A DNA stretch of 54,790 bases from Nitrososphaerales archaeon (GCA_013388925.1 JACAEJ010000048.1:1-54790), one strand, 5' to 3'; counted from the first letter of the stretch, positions 28,320-39,378 are shown. Numbers and translations: made by a program. Notes: generated by a model not told the origin, from the sequence alone.

Positions 28320-28622
28320 CTACACAATAAGGAGAGAAAGGTCGCCTTCTCCAGGCGACTTTATAGCCATAGCAGATATGGGGTAGAGTCTGCCACATAT
28401 CCTGCCGAGGTCGACAGATGTCCCTTCAAACTTCATAAGAGGAACTTCTAAGGACTTGCACTCCTTGACGACATTCGATATCTTTTCTTCCGAAAGAGAA
28501 GACGAATATATGACAATCTTTGATCCTTTGACAGATCGTAGTGCCTCCTTTGATCCTATGACCACCTTACCAGTCTTGACAATCGTCCTCAGAACTTTTT
28601 CGAGATCTTTTTTGCTAATCAT
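28320..28622 (-). CDS. rpl30e: 50S ribosomal protein eL30 (start at ATG 28622, overlapping the rpoA stop)
   Basis: KTGKVVIGSK, GTSVDLGRICG, I..PG motifs; canonical position after rpoA. Confidence 0.93.
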   Translation of the reverse strand: MISKKDLEKVLRTIVKTGKVVIGSKEALRSVKGSKIVIYSSSLSEEKISNVVKECKSLEVPLMKFEGTSVDLGRICGRLYPISAMAIKSPGEGDLSLLIV

Positions 28623-31600
28623 TTTCGACACCCCCCATAAAGAGATCGACCATACCCGTACCCACTGGTATGGGGAGGCCAACTATAACGTTCTCTGTCA
28701 CGCCTTTTAACTCTTCGACTTCTCCTTTAACAGACGCCTCGACCAAGGTAGGAACAGTTATCTCGAAAGCAGCCCTTGCCAGTATGCTGGTCTTCTTTCC
28801 AGCTATCCCATGCCTCCCTATCTGCTGGAAAAATCCCTTGGATGTCATAAGGTCTGCTACAAGTAGCAAATGCCTGATGTCAACCTCGAGACCTTGTTCC
28901 TCCAAGGTGTTGACCATCTCTTCTATGAGTGCCGTTCTGGTCGCTTCTATGCCCAAAGTGGTTTCCACCTCATAGATACTGTTTGTGGTTGTGTGACTGG
29001 TGTCGACACCCGGTATCTTTAGGACCTTGGCAAGGTTGGATCCCACCGTTTGTATCACCCACTCATCGCCTTTTTTACCGCTCTTCTTCACCAAGGTAAC
29101 GTAGTTGATCCCCGGTATCCCATTTACTCGCATACTCATTATTTTGTCTCTTAAAGTTGGAAGTGTGGAAAAATCGGCACCTTCTACCGCTATATGGACT
29201 ATGCCCTCTTCATCGACTCTCGCTTTACGTTTTCCGGTCTGTACCATTTTGGCAATTAGCTCTGGGTTACAACCCCTCTCTTGTAGGGCCTCCTTGCTCA
29301 AGAACAGCTTTATTTCACCAGCATAATCTATATCGCTATGGTCTACTAGATCAGCAACCCTTGTAAATATGATTTCCTTTGCCACCTTTAGGGCCATCTC
29401 TTTGTCAGACCTGTGCTCTTCATCAAGGTGAATGTCCATAGAAGGCGTCGAGGGTTGCTTTCTTGCATCCACAAGCTCTATGAGCCTAGGCAAGCCCAGT
29501 GTGACGTCTCTTTCTCTAACTCCTGCAAAGTGGAAAGTCCTCAGGGTCATCTGAGTGCCTGGTTCGCCTATGGATTGTGCGGCGACTATGCCGGAAGCTT
29601 CTCCTGGCTCTATGGTGGCCTTGTCTAATAGCTCCAAGACTTTCTTGTAGACATTTTTGACACCCTGAGCGTTTAGAGGAGTCTTGAGTAAGGAATCTCT
29701 CAGATCATAAATCAGTTGAGGATTTAACTCCTTTTCATATTTGTCCAAAATCTTCTTTAAGTCGTCTTCTTCTAAGAACTCTTTACTTTTATTGGTAAGG
29801 GCTTCAGTTTCGACCAAGCGCTCCACATTCACGGCTTTTCCATGGTCACTCTTAGCTGGATCTACGCCGTCCTCCCCATACAAGAATTGGATGATGTTGC
29901 CATGAGGGTCTCTTACAGTCAGATCGTATTCTACTTTTAGATGTTCGAGTGCATTTATAAGTCGCCTCTGCATATAGCCACTCTGCTGGGTCCTTACAGC
30001 AGTATCCACCAACCCCTCACGCCCTCCCATGGCGTGGAAGAAGAACTCTGCGGGGTTCAGCCCATCTCTATAGTTGGATTGCACGAAACCTTTTGAATCA
30101 GGTGTACGGTCCAAAGGTGCAAAATGTGACAGAGCACGACCCCGGTAGCCTTTTTCTATCCTCTTCCCTCTAACGGATTGTTGCCCTAGGGTGGCTGTCA
30201 TCTGACCGAGATTCAGGCTTGAGCCTCTGGCACCAGTCCTAGCCATAACCACACCGCTATTATCAAGAGGGAGGGCTTTGTCGGCAATTCGTCCTGCACG
30301 ATCCCTTGCCCTTGCCAGTTCGTTTACTACATAATACTCAAGGTTTTCTTCGGGGGAGAGCCCACGGACTGTTGAAAGTGTTCCTTTTTCAAATTGACCT
30401 ATGAGGTCTCTGACTTTCTCATAAGTCTTATCGATCTCTTTAGCTATCGTCCCTCTTGCTTCTTCATCGAGGATCAATTCGTCGTAGCGGTAAGAGAAAC
30501 CATGTCTTGTGATGAAATTCTTCAGTACTGTTAATACAGAATTCAGGAAAGTGCGGGCCGCATCCACACCATAGTCCTTTGCTATTCTGTGAAGAACGCT
30601 ATCCGCTTCCTCGGCCCCAATGGCAGCCCTGTCAATTACTCCGCCCATCAACGTACCGTTCTTGATCACTATGTCTCTGGCAACTCCGCCCTTTCTTAGG
30701 CTTTTGGCCCACTTAGAAGTCATAACATAGTTGAAGTCATTTGGCAAAAAAAGGGAGAATAACTGCCTACCATTGAAGAGCTCTACCGGCTTCTCAATCT
30801 CAGGCTTGGGCAGAGGTCCAGTATAACCTCCTGCAAGGGCCAGACAGGCGAACTCTTCTTTTTTCAAGATGGTTTCTGGCTTCGTAAGTAGGTAAGCAGC
30901 AGTGATGAAGTCTCTTATGGCGCCTATGATTGGCCCACCATACCTTGGAGATAGTATCTGTTGTTGAACCCTCATCAAGGTTAAGGCTTCTGCCCTTGCC
31001 TCTTCGCTCTGGGGGACATGAAGGTTCATCTCATCACCATCAAAGTCGGCGTTATAAGGTGGACATACAGCTGGGTGAAGCCGGAAGGTCTTGTAGGGCA
31101 GTACCTTGACATGATGCGCCATTATGGACATTCTATGTAAAGAAGGCTGTCTATTGAATATCACTATGTCTCCATCCATGATGTGCCTCTCAACGGTGAA
31201 GCCTGGGGCAAGAGTGTCTGCCAATGACACTCTATCACTAACGTAATCGAGCCTTATCTTTACTCCATCCGGTCTGATGATGTAATTCGCCCCTGGGTGC
31301 TGAAAAGGGCCCCTAGCGATCAGATTCTTCAGGAAATCGGCATTCTGAGGAGAGACCTTTTCTGCTACGGTTAGTTTCTTTGCCACTTCTAATGGCACCC
31401 CAACTTCAGATATGTCCAGGCTTGGATCCGGCGATATGACCGTCCTGCTGGAGAAATCCACACGCTTGCCTGACAGGCTTCCTCTAAAGCGTCCCTCCTT
31501 CCCCTTCAGGCGTTGACTTATGGTCTTTAGAGGCCGCCCTGATCTATGATGTGCTTGGGGGATACCGGAGACTTCATTGTCAAAAAAGGTAGTTACATGA

Positions 31601-32427
31601 TACTGCAGCAGGTCCACTAGGTCCTGAACGATTAAGGGGGGCGTGCCAGATTCTTTACTCTCTCTGACTCTCTGGTTTACTCTCAGTATGTCGACCAGTT
31701 TATGTGTTAGATCGTCTTCAGACCTTATTCCAGATTCGAGCGTGATGGAGGGTCTAACACTGACCGGGGGGATCGGCAAGACCTGCAAGACGAACCACTC
31801 AGGCCTCGAAGACTTGGGATCATAACCTATAAGCACTAGATCGTCGTTGGGAATCCTCTCAAGTCTCTCCCTTATTGCCACAGGTAGAAGTCTTATGGCC
31901 CCGCCCTCTTCCGTAATTTCATGGAAGATCGTAGGCTTTGTGAACTCTATCTCGTATTGTTGTTTGCCACAGTGAGGACAAATTTTTGTCTTCTTTGCTT
32001 TAACCATGATTTCCTTTGCGATTTCTTCCTCAGACCCTGGTGCAAAATCGTTCTTATTGGCTATTCTATCTTGGAAGCTTTCAAGATCATCCCCAGGGAT
32101 TAGAAGTCTTCCACAAGCTCGGCAGGTCGAGAGAAGCAGCTTATGGATAACATCCACAAAGGCTATGTGAAGTACTGACTCTGCCAACTCTATATGGCCA
32201 AAGTGTCCTGGACATCTGGCGGTCGTGTTACCACATGTGGCGCACTTTTGGCCTGGCTCCAGCGTTCCAAGCCTACTGTCCATGAGCCCACTTTGGACAG
32301 GCATACCGTCTTCGTCATAGGTTTCAGGAGCTGTTATCTCAACAACGGAGTATCTTCTGATCTCGCTCGGAGAAAAGACCGAGAATTTTATGGAACCCAC
32401 AGTCTTAATGGATTCTTCCAGAGTCAC
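28615..32427 (-). CDS. rpoA: DNA-directed RNA polymerase largest subunit, unsplit Rpo1 (A'+A'' in one ORF)
   Basis: CPGHFGHIEL, YNADFDGDEMN, GGREGLVDTA, AQSIGEPGTQMTLRTFH and GVTENVIVG, all in one 1270-aa frame. Confidence 0.98.
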   Translation of the reverse strand: MTLEESIKTVGSIKFSVFSPSEIRRYSVVEITAPETYDEDGMPVQSGLMDSRLGTLEPGQKCATCGNTTARCPGHFGHIELAESVLHIAFVDVIHKLLLSTCRACGRLLIPGDDLESFQDRIANKNDFAPGSEEEIAKEIMVKAKKTKICPHCGKQQYEIEFTKPTIFHEITEEGGAIRLLPVAIRERLERIPNDDLVLIGYDPKSSRPEWFVLQVLPIPPVSVRPSITLESGIRSEDDLTHKLVDILRVNQRVRESKESGTPPLIVQDLVDLLQYHVTTFFDNEVSGIPQAHHRSGRPLKTISQRLKGKEGRFRGSLSGKRVDFSSRTVISPDPSLDISEVGVPLEVAKKLTVAEKVSPQNADFLKNLIARGPFQHPGANYIIRPDGVKIRLDYVSDRVSLADTLAPGFTVERHIMDGDIVIFNRQPSLHRMSIMAHHVKVLPYKTFRLHPAVCPPYNADFDGDEMNLHVPQSEEARAEALTLMRVQQQILSPRYGGPIIGAIRDFITAAYLLTKPETILKKEEFACLALAGGYTGPLPKPEIEKPVELFNGRQLFSLFLPNDFNYVMTSKWAKSLRKGGVARDIVIKNGTLMGGVIDRAAIGAEEADSVLHRIAKDYGVDAARTFLNSVLTVLKNFITRHGFSYRYDELILDEEARGTIAKEIDKTYEKVRDLIGQFEKGTLSTVRGLSPEENLEYYVVNELARARDRAGRIADKALPLDNSGVVMARTGARGSSLNLGQMTATLGQQSVRGKRIEKGYRGRALSHFAPLDRTPDSKGFVQSNYRDGLNPAEFFFHAMGGREGLVDTAVRTQQSGYMQRRLINALEHLKVEYDLTVRDPHGNIIQFLYGEDGVDPAKSDHGKAVNVERLVETEALTNKSKEFLEEDDLKKILDKYEKELNPQLIYDLRDSLLKTPLNAQGVKNVYKKVLELLDKATIEPGEASGIVAAQSIGEPGTQMTLRTFHFAGVRERDVTLGLPRLIELVDARKQPSTPSMDIHLDEEHRSDKEMALKVAKEIIFTRVADLVDHSDIDYAGEIKLFLSKEALQERGCNPELIAKMVQTGKRKARVDEEGIVHIAVEGADFSTLPTLRDKIMSMRVNGIPGINYVTLVKKSGKKGDEWVIQTVGSNLAKVLKIPGVDTSHTTTNSIYEVETTLGIEATRTALIEEMVNTLEEQGLEVDIRHLLLVADLMTSKGFFQQIGRHGIAGKKTSILARAAFEITVPTLVEASVKGEVEELKGVTENVIVGLPIPVGTGMVDLFMGGVEND

Positions 32428-32439
32428 AATTCAACCTCC

Positions 32440-35400
32440 CTACACTTTATCCCTCAAGATTAACCTAGGCGCTATATTCAGGCTCATCATCTCCTGCAAC
32501 AGTAGTTTGAATGCGTATGCCACTACAATGGTCGAAATTTCTGCCGAATCACCACAAATCTTACACAAGTACTTCCTCTGCCTTGCGTCATAGTATGATA
32601 TCAGACCACACTTTCCACAGACATGAACCTCAGTTTTGTCGGATTCATCAAGTAGCCTATCCTTCAGTACCATTGAAGCACCATAAGCTATTAGGCAGTC
32701 CCGTTCCATCTCTCCAAATCTCAATCCGCCGCCTCTGGCCCTCCCTTCGGTAGGTTGCTTCGTAAGCATCTGCACCTGCCCCCTTGCTCTGGCGTGAATT
32801 TTATCGGCAACCATATGGTGAAGCTTTTGGTAATACACAACACCCATGAACACTTCCATGTCATACTTCTTGCCAGTTTTTCCATCGTACATCACTTCTC
32901 TCCCTAAGGGATGAAAACCTGCTTCATCCAGCAATTTTCCTAAATCGTCTACCTTCTCTCCAGAGAATGCTGTACCATCAGCAGGAAAACCTCTTAATGC
33001 AGCTGCCTTCCCCGCTATGGATTCTATGAACTGACCAACGGTCATTCTGGATGGAAAGGCATGTGGATTTATGATGATGTCTGGAACTATACCATCTTCG
33101 GTATAGGGCATGTCTTCCTGGCTCACTAAAAGACCGATCACTCCCTTCTGTCCATGCCTAGAGGCAAATTTGTCCCCTATCTCGGGAACCCTCATGTCTC
33201 TTGCCCTTACCTTGAACATCTTGCCACCATCAATACTTTCGGTAAGAAATACAGAGTCTATCACCCCTGACTCGGAGGGCCTCATTGTTATGGAGGTGTC
33301 TCTCCTATATGGACCCTTAACTTCGAACTCTCTATATTCCTCCATAAACCTGGGTGGACTCGTTCTTCCTATTATTACGTCTCCACCATATACGTTGGTC
33401 TCATGCATAACGACACCATCAGACTCTAGGAGACGATAGTACTTCTCCCCATGATATCCCCTCACATTTTCATCTGGTGCAGGTATTTTGAACTCATCCT
33501 TCATGCCGCCTAGGTACTGCTTTGCCTCAGCCTCGTAGATTCTGTAAAAGAAAGAGCGGGCAAGCCCTCTATCCACAGAAGACTTGTTTATGACTATGGC
33601 ATCTTCTATGTTATACCCTTCGTATGACAACACGGCCACTATGCAGTTCTGCCCAATAGGTCTCTCATCTAACCTTAACAACGGAGATAGGCGAGTCTTG
33701 ATCAGCGGTCTTTGGGGATACACCATCATGTGACTTCTCACATAAGTCGAAAATGGGAAGGTAGGCATCGGGAAACCCAAGGATTGTTTGATCATGGCGG
33801 CTTCGTACGTATTGCGTGGCGACTGATTGTGCTCAGGATACGGGATTATGGAGGCGGTAACTCCGAATATGGCGGATGATGAAGGCTCAAGATGGGTATG
33901 CTTTTCTGTTAGAGAGCCTATGTCCATGGCCACCAAGCAGTTCTCCTCCTCATTGGCATCTATCAATTCTATTGCCCCTCCTTTTAGCAGGTCGTACCAA
34001 GTCAGCTCTCCTCTCTGGATACGCGCAATCATCTCATCAGTCAAGAGGGGCTTCCCATTCTTTACTATGATGAGTGGTCTCATGACTCGCCCAGAGCTCG
34101 TAGATATGTAAATTCTCTTGGTTCCTCTTGCATCTTTTGGCGTATAGAGGTAAACGCTCACATTTGAATATACCGACTCTTGCCTGCGCAACTCCCTGAA
34201 GGCCGTTACAAAAGGTTCGCCATTTTCTACATACCCTATAAGGCGGCCTTCTACAAAGACTTTACAACCATCCCTCCTAATCTCCTCACTGGCTTCTGGC
34301 ACAAGCTTGACTCCCCGCTCCAATAATTTATCTATGATTTCAGCCTCTGGTGCGCTGATAGAAATGACGACCGAGAGGGCAAGGTTCTTAACAAGGCCAC
34401 AGTTGGACCCCTCAGGTGTCTCATTGGGACAGATTCTCCCAAAATGCGTCCCATGTAGGTCCCTAGCCGCGTAGTTTGGTTGACTTCTGCTCAATGGGGA
34501 CTGAATGCGCCTTAGATGGCTCAAGGTCGAGAAGTAGTTCGTCCTGTCGAGAAGTTGTGTGACTCCGACTCTGCCTCTCCCCCAGTTGCCTGTTGCAATA
34601 GCGTTATTCAATTTGTCCGTGATTATGCCAGGCCTTATGGCAACCCCTACCGCACCAATGCCACGCCTCTGCCCCATTCGCTCAAGCTGATACTTCATAT
34701 CTCTTACCATGTTTCGAAAACTCGTCCTGAATAGGTCTGCTATCATCTGCCCTGCGAATTTGATAACCTTGTTGCCATAGTGATCCTTATCGTCAGGTTC
34801 TAGCCAACCTAGCCTAAGCTCAAACAGCTTACATGCAGTCTCTCCCAGAAATATGGCCTTATTTATGCGATCTTCTGGTGATCTGCCAAGGTGTGGGAGG
34901 AGTCCCCAATCCAGCAGTGACTCTGCCCTTCTTTTCCTGAATTCGTCGAGCATCCCATGGGCGATCCTGTTGCCTATGTATATCAAAGCCTCATCGGGAG
35001 TCGTTACTTCGCTAGACTTTTCGAAAGATGCCTCCAATAAATCTTGAATTTCCCTTTTGATCGAGACCATGTCCGCTATCTCCTTATCTGACTGGATTCC
35101 TAAAGCTCTCATTATAGTTATGAAGGGGAGATCGACAGGGGATGTGGGAACTTTGACGTAAAGGGCCCCGTCGTGCTTTAGGGACAACTCAAGCTTGGCA
35201 CGATAGCCAACTATGGAAGAGTAGACTTTTGCCTTGTACAAGGAGATGCCACCACTCTTTTCGTAGTCCACTAGGATCTTATTGGGGGAGAGATCTTCAA
35301 GTCCCACTACGACTCGCTCCGATCCATTGATAATAAAGTAGCCTCCTGGGTCATCACGATCTTCACCGACCTGAACCAGATCCTCTCTCGTCATCTTGTG

Positions 35401-35796
35401 AAGGGGGCACAGAGTGGACTTGACCATGACCGGGATGTCGCCTATATAATGAATCTGAGACTCTCTGACAGAGTCGCCTTCTACTATACTCATCTCAAGA
35501 TACACGGGCGAACCATAAGTCAGGTTACGCAGCCTGCCCTCCATGGGTAAGATGTTGCTTACAGAGCCGTCTAGTTCGACAACTCTGGGTTGCTTGATGG
35601 AGGCTCTACCAAACCTTACCTTATAGGGACCTGCAGTTGCCTCTATGTCCACTTCTCCAACTTCTTTGATGATGCTATCTATAGCATCTGCGAGAAATTC
35701 ATTGTATGAATTCAGGTGCTGACGAGCAACACCCTCCTTTTCTAGCATGTCCCGCAGAATAACCCAAGAGTCGTACCCCTTTGCTTCCATGATCAT
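32440..35796 (-). CDS. rpoB: DNA-directed RNA polymerase subunit Rpo2 (unsplit B)
   Basis: GGYFIINGSE, CPNETPEG, GDKFASRHGQKG, GGLRFGEMERD. Confidence 0.98.
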   Translation of the reverse strand: MIMEAKGYDSWVILRDMLEKEGVARQHLNSYNEFLADAIDSIIKEVGEVDIEATAGPYKVRFGRASIKQPRVVELDGSVSNILPMEGRLRNLTYGSPVYLEMSIVEGDSVRESQIHYIGDIPVMVKSTLCPLHKMTREDLVQVGEDRDDPGGYFIINGSERVVVGLEDLSPNKILVDYEKSGGISLYKAKVYSSIVGYRAKLELSLKHDGALYVKVPTSPVDLPFITIMRALGIQSDKEIADMVSIKREIQDLLEASFEKSSEVTTPDEALIYIGNRIAHGMLDEFRKRRAESLLDWGLLPHLGRSPEDRINKAIFLGETACKLFELRLGWLEPDDKDHYGNKVIKFAGQMIADLFRTSFRNMVRDMKYQLERMGQRRGIGAVGVAIRPGIITDKLNNAIATGNWGRGRVGVTQLLDRTNYFSTLSHLRRIQSPLSRSQPNYAARDLHGTHFGRICPNETPEGSNCGLVKNLALSVVISISAPEAEIIDKLLERGVKLVPEASEEIRRDGCKVFVEGRLIGYVENGEPFVTAFRELRRQESVYSNVSVYLYTPKDARGTKRIYISTSSGRVMRPLIIVKNGKPLLTDEMIARIQRGELTWYDLLKGGAIELIDANEEENCLVAMDIGSLTEKHTHLEPSSSAIFGVTASIIPYPEHNQSPRNTYEAAMIKQSLGFPMPTFPFSTYVRSHMMVYPQRPLIKTRLSPLLRLDERPIGQNCIVAVLSYEGYNIEDAIVINKSSVDRGLARSFFYRIYEAEAKQYLGGMKDEFKIPAPDENVRGYHGEKYYRLLESDGVVMHETNVYGGDVIIGRTSPPRFMEEYREFEVKGPYRRDTSITMRPSESGVIDSVFLTESIDGGKMFKVRARDMRVPEIGDKFASRHGQKGVIGLLVSQEDMPYTEDGIVPDIIINPHAFPSRMTVGQFIESIAGKAAALRGFPADGTAFSGEKVDDLGKLLDEAGFHPLGREVMYDGKTGKKYDMEVFMGVVYYQKLHHMVADKIHARARGQVQMLTKQPTEGRARGGGLRFGEMERDCLIAYGASMVLKDRLLDESDKTEVHVCGKCGLISYYDARQRKYLCKICGDSAEISTIVVAYAFKLLLQEMMSLNIAPRLILRDKV

Positions 35797-36050
35797 CCCT
35801 CTATAACGTAGCGATAATAGGTGACCTCTCCCGCGGTCTTGCTCTTTCTTGTGATCTTTATCAGGTCGCCAGGCTTTGCCCCTTTCTCTTTCATGACAGG
35901 ATCAGTGCTCAGGATGTAAGGAAGTTGGTCGATCCTAACGTTGTACTTCTTGAGAAACTTTTCTACTTCTTTTGGTGGTAATATCTCGTGATGGGGCACA
36001 AACACATGATCGGTAACCTTCACACTCAATTTCTCAGAGCTTTTCTCCAT
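35793..36050 (-). CDS. rpoH: RNA polymerase subunit Rpo5 (RpoH)
   Basis: HVFVPHHEIL, QLPYILSTDP, RKSKTAG...YRYV. Confidence 0.96.
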   Translation of the reverse strand: MEKSSEKLSVKVTDHVFVPHHEILPPKEVEKFLKKYNVRIDQLPYILSTDPVMKEKGAKPGDLIKITRKSKTAGEVTYYRYVIEG

Positions 36051-36259
36051 ACAATCACCTAATTAGAGCACATACTCTATCCATACCATAAATTGGCGCA
36101 GGAAACTCTAATATTAACTCGTTATAACTCCAATATTTAAGTCTTTATATACGTAAATCGATTTATTCGCCCATTGGGAGACACGCCCGTCGATGAAATC
36201 ATAAAGGCTGAGAATTTACCTTTTGATAGTACTTTCCAAGAATTCATGATGATGCCAGG

Positions 36260-36625
36260 CTATCCTCTCTTGGCCAACTGCTTGAGGGCTCTTGCCACAT
36301 CTCGGAAGATCTCGCTGTTGCTCACGTCTATGATGGGAATCTTAACATTCGTCTCCTTTATCGTTACGGCACTCTGATAGACAGGGAAGACGGCGAAGGT
36401 GACGCTCATCCAGTGTAGCCTCCCCTCCATCATCTCCTTGACTATGGGAGCTATGTGGGGCATGCCATGAAAGCCAAAAATTACCCCATCGGTCCAGTGG
36501 AGGGGTGGTGCCAAAGCTCCGGCCCGTTGCCCCAGTCCATGGAGCTTGACAAGGTCCTCAGCCTTGTACTCCATTACCTCATGAATTATGAGCTCATCAT
36601 AAGGCTTTATTGTAACCTTCACCAA
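36260..36625 (-). CDS. Conserved hypothetical protein
   Basis: 121-aa ORF (L.W.DGVIF, IPIIDVS.S.IF); function unknown. Confidence 0.7.
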   Translation of the reverse strand: MVKVTIKPYDELIIHEVMEYKAEDLVKLHGLGQRAGALAPPLHWTDGVIFGFHGMPHIAPIVKEMMEGRLHWMSVTFAVFPVYQSAVTIKETNVKIPIIDVSNSEIFRDVARALKQLAKRG

Positions 36626-36788
36626 CCTTATACTCGTTGAAGATATCTATATTGGTATATAAGCGTCTAACAATGGCTAGATGTTGTGGCAACCACTAAG
36701 AATAATATGTAAGATTTATATGCTAGCATTTCCAGAGCTAGTATATTACACTTAGCGAGTTAAAGAGTAAATCGAAGGAGGTGATAAT

Positions 36789-37919
36789 TTGCATAGCTCT
36801 ATAGTAAAGTATCATGTGAGGCTAAAGTTCGATGTAGAAGGGGTAGTGGAGAAAGCAGACCTGATAGGAGCCATCTTTGGGCAGACAGAAGGCCTATTCG
36901 GTCCTGAGATGAATCTTAACGAGCTTCAAAAGTCTTGGAAGGTCGGTAGGATCGAAGTTTCTCTAGAATCTAAAGGGGATAAAACACACGGTGAAGTCTT
37001 GATCCCTATGTCCACTGATATATCTACCGCTGCCCTGATAGCTGCTGCTGTAGAGAATGTGGACAAAGTAGGTCCTTGTCCGGCCCACTTCACGCTTTTG
37101 GGTATGGAAGATGTGAGAGTATCCAAAAGAAGAGTTATCGTCGAAAGAGCAAAGAACATCATAAAAGAGTGGGCTTCAAAGTCTGTGAGCGAGAGCGAAG
37201 AATTGCTGAAAGATATAATGGAAGTGACTAGGCGATCAAAACTCATGACTTTCGGCAAAGAAGAATTGCCTGCTGGTCCAGGGCTCCTAACATCAGATAC
37301 CATCATAATTGTCGAAGGAAGGGCTGACGTGATCAATCTCCTTAGAACTGGAATAGAGAACGTAGTAGCCCTCGAGGGCGTAAAGATCCCTGAATCTGTG
37401 ATAAAACTCTCGAAGGAAAAGAAAGCCATAGCCTTTTTGGACGGTGATAGAGGTGGAGATATTATATTGAAAGAGCTCTCACAAGTAGCCAAGATTGACA
37501 AAGTCTTGAGGGCACCTCCAGGAAGAGAAGTCGAAGATCTGACACCTATTGAAGTCCTTGGGATATTGAAAAAAGAAGTACCGACACAGCCCCCTGAAGA
37601 AGCCCATGTACCTTTTTCTGAGAATTTATCTACTAAGCTTCAAGAGTTATTCCCTAGCATCAATGGAACATTAGAAGCTGTAGTTTTGGATGGAAATCTC
37701 GATCAGATAATGAGGGTTCCAGTGAATGAGCTTGTACAACGCTTAGAGAGCACCAAAGAAGCCAAGTATCTAATCTTCGATGGTATAATAACTCAGCGCT
37801 TGGTTGATATGGCATCTAACATGGGTATCGATGTCATCATAGGACACAGAATGGGAGACATAACGAAAAAGCCAACCGATATGCTGTTGAAGACCTTCGA
37901 CGAACTCGGACTGGAGTGA
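36789..37919 (+). CDS. dnaG: Archaeal DnaG (TOPRIM domain; primase-like/exosome-associated)
   Basis: GAIFGQTEGLFG, IVEGRADV, FLDGDRGG, FDGIITQRL. Confidence 0.96.
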   Translation: MHSSIVKYHVRLKFDVEGVVEKADLIGAIFGQTEGLFGPEMNLNELQKSWKVGRIEVSLESKGDKTHGEVLIPMSTDISTAALIAAAVENVDKVGPCPAHFTLLGMEDVRVSKRRVIVERAKNIIKEWASKSVSESEELLKDIMEVTRRSKLMTFGKEELPAGPGLLTSDTIIIVEGRADVINLLRTGIENVVALEGVKIPESVIKLSKEKKAIAFLDGDRGGDIILKELSQVAKIDKVLRAPPGREVEDLTPIEVLGILKKEVPTQPPEEAHVPFSENLSTKLQELFPSINGTLEAVVLDGNLDQIMRVPVNELVQRLESTKEAKYLIFDGIITQRLVDMASNMGIDVIIGHRMGDITKKPTDMLLKTFDELGLE

Positions 37920-37937
37920 ACTCTCTATTTGGAGTAA

Positions 37938-39008
37938 ATGATTATACATAAGTTTATCAAAAACAAAGGCTTGATATCTCTCACCCTAGAGGATGCCAGT
38001 GATCTATGGTGCCTGAAACGGGTCATAGAACCTGGGGATTTGATTTCGGGAGAAACGACTAGGGTGATGAAACGCGAAGGAGAATACTCTAGACCGGATA
38101 AGGGAGAACGCGTAAAGGTTAGAGTCGTATTGAGAGTCGAAAGAGCAAATCTTGACAACAGTCTTGAGAGATTGAGGATATCTGGCAAAATCGTGGATAT
38201 GCCGGAGGATATAATCACAAGAGGATCCTTCCATTCTATGATCGCTACGCAGAACTACAGCCTATCCCTGCAGAAAAATCATTGGAACGAGATGTACTTG
38301 AGGATATTGAAAGATGGCACAAAGACGACAGAGCGGTTCATAATCGTTGCCATGGATAGAAGGGAGGCCGGCATTGGGGTAGTCCAGGGTACACATCTTC
38401 AGGTCCTTCCAACTGTAGAGTCTGGACTGGCGGGCAAACATTACGATTCGGAAGGTAGATCTCCACATTCTTATTACGACAAAGTAGCCCAAATAATTCA
38501 GTCGGTTCACAAGCCCTGCGCAAAAATCTTTGTTACAGGGTCTGGCCATACGAAAAACTCCTTCATAAGCTTTCTATCAAGCCAGAGTAAGAATATGACG
38601 GATCTTTTAAGGATAATAGAAGGCGTAGACGTGGCGGGTGAGGATGGGGTCTACATGGCACTCCGCTCCCCTCAGCTCAGAAGATATATCGAAGATAGCA
38701 AACTGGCACAGGCAACCAATATACTGGAGCGAGCCATAAAGAAGATAGACGATGGCGATAAAAGGGTAGCCTTCACGTTTAATGAAGTCAAAGAGGCGAG
38801 CAGGCTAGGGGCCGTGGATTCTGTAGTGATATCTGACAAGGTCTTTGATCAAAGCGTAGACGAGGACGATATTGCCGAGCTTCTCAATTTTGTCGAAGAA
38901 TTCCGTGGGAAGAGCTACATGATAGACTCGTCTACAGAGGTTAGCTCTCAGGTCATGGCATTGGGTGGCATAGTCGCCCTCCTTAGGTTCTCTTCCAGGG
39001 CGGCTTGA
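37938..39008 (+). CDS. pelA: mRNA surveillance protein Pelota (aDom34)
   Basis: DLW.L..VI..GD, RLRISGKI, GSFH, LGGIVALLRF. Confidence 0.93.
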   Translation: MIIHKFIKNKGLISLTLEDASDLWCLKRVIEPGDLISGETTRVMKREGEYSRPDKGERVKVRVVLRVERANLDNSLERLRISGKIVDMPEDIITRGSFHSMIATQNYSLSLQKNHWNEMYLRILKDGTKTTERFIIVAMDRREAGIGVVQGTHLQVLPTVESGLAGKHYDSEGRSPHSYYDKVAQIIQSVHKPCAKIFVTGSGHTKNSFISFLSSQSKNMTDLLRIIEGVDVAGEDGVYMALRSPQLRRYIEDSKLAQATNILERAIKKIDDGDKRVAFTFNEVKEASRLGAVDSVVISDKVFDQSVDEDDIAELLNFVEEFRGKSYMIDSSTEVSSQVMALGGIVALLRFSSRAA

Positions 39009-39015
39009 TGATTTG

Positions 39016-39339
39016 TTAAGAGCCTGTGCTCTCATCTAGCCATGATAGGTAACTGGGATCGACGTACTTTGGAGTTATTTCTACTATCTCCGGAACTTCA
39101 TAAGGATGACTCTTCTTGATGAAGCTTTTCAATTCGTTTACGACTTTCTCTGCAGTCTTGAATAGTACTAGGGACTCTTCTGCATCATCTATCTTTCCCT
39201 TCCATACATAAACTGATCTAACTTTAGCGATGTTTGCGCATGCAGCCAATCTGGCTTTTATGGAGTCTTTTGCAACCTTTTCGGCAATCATCTGATCAGG
39301 GTATGTGGTAATTACAATTCTACACTCCATTTTGATCAT
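39016..39339 (-). CDS. cutA: Divalent-cation tolerance protein CutA
   Basis: RLAACAN, SVYVWKG, HPYEVPEI, YLSWL. Confidence 0.95.
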   Translation of the reverse strand: MIKMECRIVITTYPDQMIAEKVAKDSIKARLAACANIAKVRSVYVWKGKIDDAEESLVLFKTAEKVVNELKSFIKKSHPYEVPEIVEITPKYVDPSYLSWLDESTGS

Positions 39340-39378
39340 GATCTATAAACCAGAGAGGTATATCAAGGCTCCAATGGG

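Noticed and set aside
28615-35796. Inteins in Rpo1/Rpo2
   Set aside because: Lengths are normal, and no C/S...HN-C/S/T junctions or LAGLIDADG blocks are seen.
36174-36260. Possible C/D-box sRNA or hairpin (GATGA...CTGA; AAAGG/CCTTT) upstream of rpoH
   Set aside because: Only partial boxes and a weak stem; a complete C-D'-C'-D layout could not be built.
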